Assembly: GCF_009914755.1 (NCBI RefSeq)
Contig: NC_060936.1
DNA from: the human T2T-CHM13v2.0 reference genome, Homo sapiens
Length of the DNA stretch: 64,000 nt
Reading direction: 5' to 3' (one strand)
Shown: in pieces, positions 58,183-64,000 of the stretch
Layout of the letters: each line of letters opens with the position of its first letter
Numbering within the stretch: the first letter of the stretch is position 1
Notes under the pieces: generated by a model
Databases searched by the model: none
Seen by the model: only the letters and a program-made list of their open reading frames with translations
Told to the model about the DNA's origin: nothing
Translations under genes and position numbers: made by a program

Positions 58183-60388
58183 CTTTTTTAAAATTTAATT
58201 GACAAGTAATAATTATATATATTTATGAGGTACAATGTGGTGCTATGATACACACACGTATATCATAGAATCATTAAATCAGGCAAATTAACATATCTAT
58301 TATTTCACACACTTATTTCTTTGTGATGATACACTTAAAACTCCTTCAGCAAATTCTGAAATATAAAATACGTTATTATTAACTATAGTCACTGTGCTGT
58401 GCCATTCTGATCGCTAAAACTTATTCCTCCTAACTGAAACTTTGAACCTTTTGACTGACATCTTCTCTTTCCCCATCCACCCCCCACCCTCCCACCTCTG
58501 GCAACAATCTTCTACTCTCTACTTCTATACATTCAACTTTTTAAGATTCCACACATAAGTGAGTGAGACCATGCAGTACTTGTCTTTCTGCGCCTGACTT
58601 ATTTCACTTAGCATAATGTTCTCCAGATTCATCCATGTTGTCAAGTGACAGAATTTCTTTCATTTTTAAGGCTGAATAGTATTCTGCTGTATGTATATAC
58701 ATTTCCTTTATCCTTTCATCCATCGATGGGCACTTAGGTTGATTTCATATCTTAGCTATTGTGAATAATGCTACAGTAAACATGGGAGTGACATATACCT
58801 TTGACATACTAATTTCAATACTCTTGTATATATATCCAGACTTGGAATTGCTGGATCACGTGGTAATTATATTTTTAGTGTTTTGAGGAACTTTCACATG
58901 GTTTTTCAAAATGGCTGCACTAATTTGCATTCCCACCAACAGTGTCCAAGGGCTCCCTTTTCTCTACATCTTCACCAACACTTATCTTTTGTCTTCTTGA
59001 TAATAGCTATTCTAACAGGTGTGAGGTGATGTCTCACTGCGGTTTTAATTTGCATTTCCCTGATGGTTAGTGATTTTGAGCATTTTTTTTGTCTATCTGT
59101 TGGCCATTTGTATGTATTTTCTCCACCCATAATCCAATAATTTTTATTCTAGCAACACAAAACAATTCAACATTAGGCAAACTAATGTGTTTGTCTTTTT
59201 TGGATAAATGTCTGTTCAGGTCCTTTGCCCATTTTTAATCAGATTTTTTTTTCTTAATATTGAATAGTTTGAGTTCTTTATATACTTTAGACATTAACCC
59301 CTTATCAAATATATTGATTTCAAATATATTCTTCCATTACACAGATTGTTTTTTAATTCTGTTGATTATTTCCTTGGCTATGCAGTAGGCTTTTCATTTG
59401 ATGTCATCTCATTTGTCTATTTTGTCTTTAGGCAACTGGTGATCGTATACAAAAAATCATTGCCCAGACCAATGTCATGGATCTTTTCCTCAGTGTTTTC
59501 TTCTAATTATTTTATAGTTTCAGGTCTTAGGTTTAAGTCTTTAACTCACTCTGTGTTGACTTTTGTATATGAGGTGAGATAAGGGTCCAATTTTATTCTT
59601 CTGTATTTTGGTATCAGTTTCCTCAGCACCACTTATGAAGATACTGCATTTCCTTATTGTATGTTCTTGTCTTCTTTGTCAAAAATCAATTGACTATAAA
59701 TTGGTTGGCTTATTCCTAGGCTGTCTGTTCTGTTCCATTGGTTGGTGTGTCTATTTTATGTTAGTATCATGCTATTTTGATTATTATAACCTTGTAATAT
59801 ATTTTGAAATCAGGTAGTGTGATACCTCTAGCTTTGTTCTTTTGGATCAAGACTGCTTTGACTATTCAGAGTCTTTTGTGATTCCATACACATTTTAGAG
59901 TTTTTAGAGTTTTTTTTTCTCTTTCTGTGAAGAATGCCATTGGAATTATAGTAGCAATTGCCTTGACTCTGTAGATTGTTTTGGGTGGTATAGAAATTAT
60001 AACTATGTTAATTATTCCAATCCATGAACACTGGATATCTTTCCATTTATTTGTCTTTTCTTCAGTTTCTTTCATCAATATTTTATAGTTTTCAACATAC
60101 AGATTTTTCACCTTCCTGGTTAAATGTACTTCTAAGCATTTTAATTTTTGATGCTATTGTAAATGGGATTGTTTTTTAAAATATTTTTCAAATAGTTTGT
60201 TTTTAGCATGCAGAAATGTTACTAATGTTTATATTGATTTTATGTCCTGCAACTTAACTGAATTATTTATCAGTTCTAACGTTTTTTTTTTTGTTGGAGT
60301 CTTTAGTATTTTCTATATATAAGATCAAGTCATCAACAGAAAGAATTTCACTTCTTCCTTTCCTATTTGGATACCTTTTATTTCTTTC
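58183..60388 (-). mobile_element. L1MA-type 3' fragment (about 2.2 kb)
   Basis: Antisense 3' UTR and ORF2; track ORF 59866-60111 (ENYKILMKE..NKWKDIQCSWIG) is L1 ORF2-like. Confidence 0.9.
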
Positions 60389-62115
60389 AATTTACTTATT
60401 TAAGGAAAAAGCTTAGGGAGCAACTAACAAAATGCTGCTGAGAACTCTGGATAGTATAGTAAGATGACTAAAGAGAGTGCTTGTGGTGGACATTAGAATG
60501 ATTGTTAGGAAAAAATCAGTCAGGAAAACAGAACTTTCTATAATCCCAAATTAGCCTACAGTTATTGGTTGGAAATGACCATTTAAAAGAAATACATTTT
60601 ATATACAATGTACATAGCATCAAAATAACTCCGTATGGGAATTATCCAAAACAATTATTGTATGCACCATTTTTTAAAAACTACTTTTACTTGTTCTAAA
60701 TTAGGTTAGAGCATTAAGAATTTTAATTTGATCAGCATCTACAGACTAACAAAGAGATAAATAAATATGAGAATTATAAGCTCAGTTTCTCAAGCTGAGT
60801 CATATTACATTAACATTACTTACGTATATCTAATTTTTATGAACCATGCATAAAGGTAGGAGTTTTATTTTTGCAAGTACAGTAATGGACACTTTACTAT
60901 TTTGATATATGTTTGTAAAAGATCTTAAGAAACATTTAGTTTTCCCTCCCTAGTAGAACTAAATAATAAGATATTCTGGGTTTTATTTTTATGTAATAGA
61001 ATAAAATAAATTTATATGTTTTCTTACAATAAATACATTAACCACAAGGAGAATTGGAAGCTGCCAGAATAAGGTATTAATATGTCCACAAATGTTTATG
61101 CTCTTCTTAAAGAAGACTGTTTGCTTTTGCCTTGAAAAATGTATTTTTCGCTGCTTTTTTCCAGCATTGTAACTTAATTTGCTGCACACTGTATTTTAAA
61201 AAGCCAATTCAGATAAGATGTTTAGTGTCATCATTTAGACATGCCACTTTCTCCTGCTACAAGGAATTTAAGTGACAGCAATATATGTTGAACATTTTCT
61301 GAAAACACACTTTTTCTTTTAATATATACACAAACTCAATTAGCGTCCAGGTCAGTCAGTGGAAAGGCATTTATAGAATCAATCATTTTGGGTTAAGAAG
61401 TAGACACCCTGCAAGCTTACTAATGGAATGGAAATAATGCCTGGAACCTCTCCAAACAGTAACAGTCTCAATGGAGCAATTAAATATGTATGAAGAATGT
61501 TTGCTGAGAAGTTCGAACACATCAACCTGGGGTTTATATTTGTGGTTTAATTTATTCAGCACCTTCCAGTGAGCCGATGCTTGATGGTCTAAAAACATTG
61601 CTGGGCCCTGCATCTGTTGCATCCTGCACAGAGTTTTGAGTGACAGTCACTCAGAAGCAGTGGTTATTTTTAATCATCTCAAGAAGTACAGGCAGAGAGG
61701 GGAGAATGGGAGTTTTTGATTTGCATTTAGATACCCAACACTGCCTCATTAATAAATTTGGCACTCTTAAGAGTATGTCAGGCAATCTTCAGCCCATTTA
61801 ATAGAAAGTATTGGCATAGGCAAAACTCCTATTTCTGCTCACAGCAGTGGTATTTAGGCCTTCAAATTACAGTTCACTTGTATGATTGCTGCAATCTGTA
61901 TCTTCAGATCATTACTTTTCTCTCTCAAAAGCGAAGTCTGTATGGTACTAACTAGCTGAACTTTATACTATTAGGAAATAATGGTGCTACTGTGTTATAA
62001 TACCACCGATTAAATTATGGAAAAATTTCAGGGGGAGATAGCAACAGGATGAGACGGCAACATTTTCTTTTATGCTCAAGCTTTGTTTTTAAATGCCAGA
62101 GAAACAAGGATATAT

Positions 62116-62320
62116 TTTTTCTTGTTTTATTTTTAAATTTATAATTGATACAACAATTGTACATATTTATGGTGTGCAATGTTATATTTCAGTGCATTTA
62201 TACATCATATTATGATCAATTGGAGTATTTACCATATCCATCACTTTAAACATTTATCCTTTCTTTGTGGTGACAACATTCAAAATCTTCTAAGTATCCT
62301 GAAATATACATTACACTGTT
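62116..62320 (-). mobile_element. L1MA-type 3' end with degenerate poly(A)
   Basis: T-rich tract followed by aattgatacaacaattgtacatatttatgg..catttatc..ttctttgtggtgacaacattcaaaatc, typical of an antisense L1MA 3' UTR. Confidence 0.75.
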
Positions 62321-63138
62321 TTTTGCTAAATGGCAAACAGATGTATGAAACCATGTTCAGCATCACTAATCACCAGAGCAGCGCAAACCTTGACCTCTTA
62401 ATCGGCCCTTTATCATCACCTATGCCCCAACCCCATGCCAGGGGGCAGTATTTCACAGGAAGGAACTTTCAGAGGAGCCAACTCTGCCTGGACCAGTCGT
62501 TGAAGAGGTTAGTCCTGGGGAGAGGGTGCTGTGATAGCCTGGGGTCTGACACTCACCAGAGGGTTGGGCTGGCAGCAGAATGCTCTCTCTCCCACCGCCT
62601 TGCCTGTGGAACCTCTTATGCCAGGCTTGTCTGGAGGAAATGAGTTCTAGCTTCCATGTGGGGCTTGAGGGCAAGGGAAAGGTAGGGTTTGAGATGAGAA
62701 TGAGGACTTGGGTTATGCTAACAGCTTCCAGTTTGGGTCTCAGGTTCTGACTCAGAAGCCAAGTATGAGGATATAGCCCCCAGTTGGGCGGGGAGACAGG
62801 ATCACAGGGTTTGGGATGGGTGGACTCCTCTCAATCGTGTGGTTCAGGGAACAAACCCTGAGCAACTAGACCCAGATGGGTGAATTTCTGGAGAATTTGA
62901 TGCTATTGCCATCACTATCAGCCCCAAGGCTTCCATTATACCCAGTCTTGGGGAGGGTGCACCATTTACATAGACCAAACATGAATGATGCTTCCTGGAG
63001 TTGGCTAATTGACCGATCTGTACCCTGAACTTTCCTTCCTATGGCAGACATTGCTCATCAAACACAGTTTATGTTCAGTTTAGATAAGGACTAGAGTCCT
63101 TCTCCACATGGGGCTGCAGACAAGCCCTGCCAATTCCT

Positions 63139-63845
<707 letters not shown>

Positions 63846-64000
63846 GAAATAAAGATATTTAATGTAGGGAAAGGTTGGGAGGGTTTTGTGTGTGTGTGTG
63901 TGTTTCCAGGGGTTTGTATTCAAATGTATGTGGTATACAACTACTAATATCTTGTCGAAGTTACATGTTTATTATTCTAGGCTGAGGTCTGCAGGAGATA

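Noticed and set aside
62179-62643. Longest ORF in the track (154 aa, + strand)
   Set aside because: Starts in antisense L1 3' UTR, crosses unrelated segments and resembles no known protein; most likely chance.
63965-64000. Acceptor-like tttattattctAG at the window end
   Set aside because: Only 20 nt follow and they do not match the next TMEM117 residues.

Overview
AT-rich, repeat-dense primate (most likely human) genomic DNA lying entirely inside the + strand gene TMEM117. The only intact coding sequence is one 98-nt internal exon (25988-26085, VTDMMLQDKPYPDWGKSARAFWKKGNVRITLFW); the rest is intron. The introns hold about 10 Alus, a FAM monomer, L1 fragments of several ages, L2, MIR, CR1/L3, MaLR LTRs (THE1, MLT1, MST), a MER9 solo LTR, Tigger-derived MITEs (MER44, MER2) and microsatellites. 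Three structures stand out. (1) A ~1.7-kb antisense retro-insertion (62116-63845) with degenerate TSDs looks like the cDNA of an MST-LTR-initiated, spliced IQCF1-like mRNA ending in an L1 3' end. (2) A sense THE1 LTR upstream of the TMEM117 exon has a TATA box, ATG and splice donor that would join that exon in frame. (3) A twin-primed, 5'-inverted L1 with a perfect 16-bp TSD carries nested insertions up to three levels deep. Repeat subfamily names come from recalled consensus sequences and are approximate, and no database search was run. No prokaryote-type system, CRISPR array, tRNA or rRNA is present.
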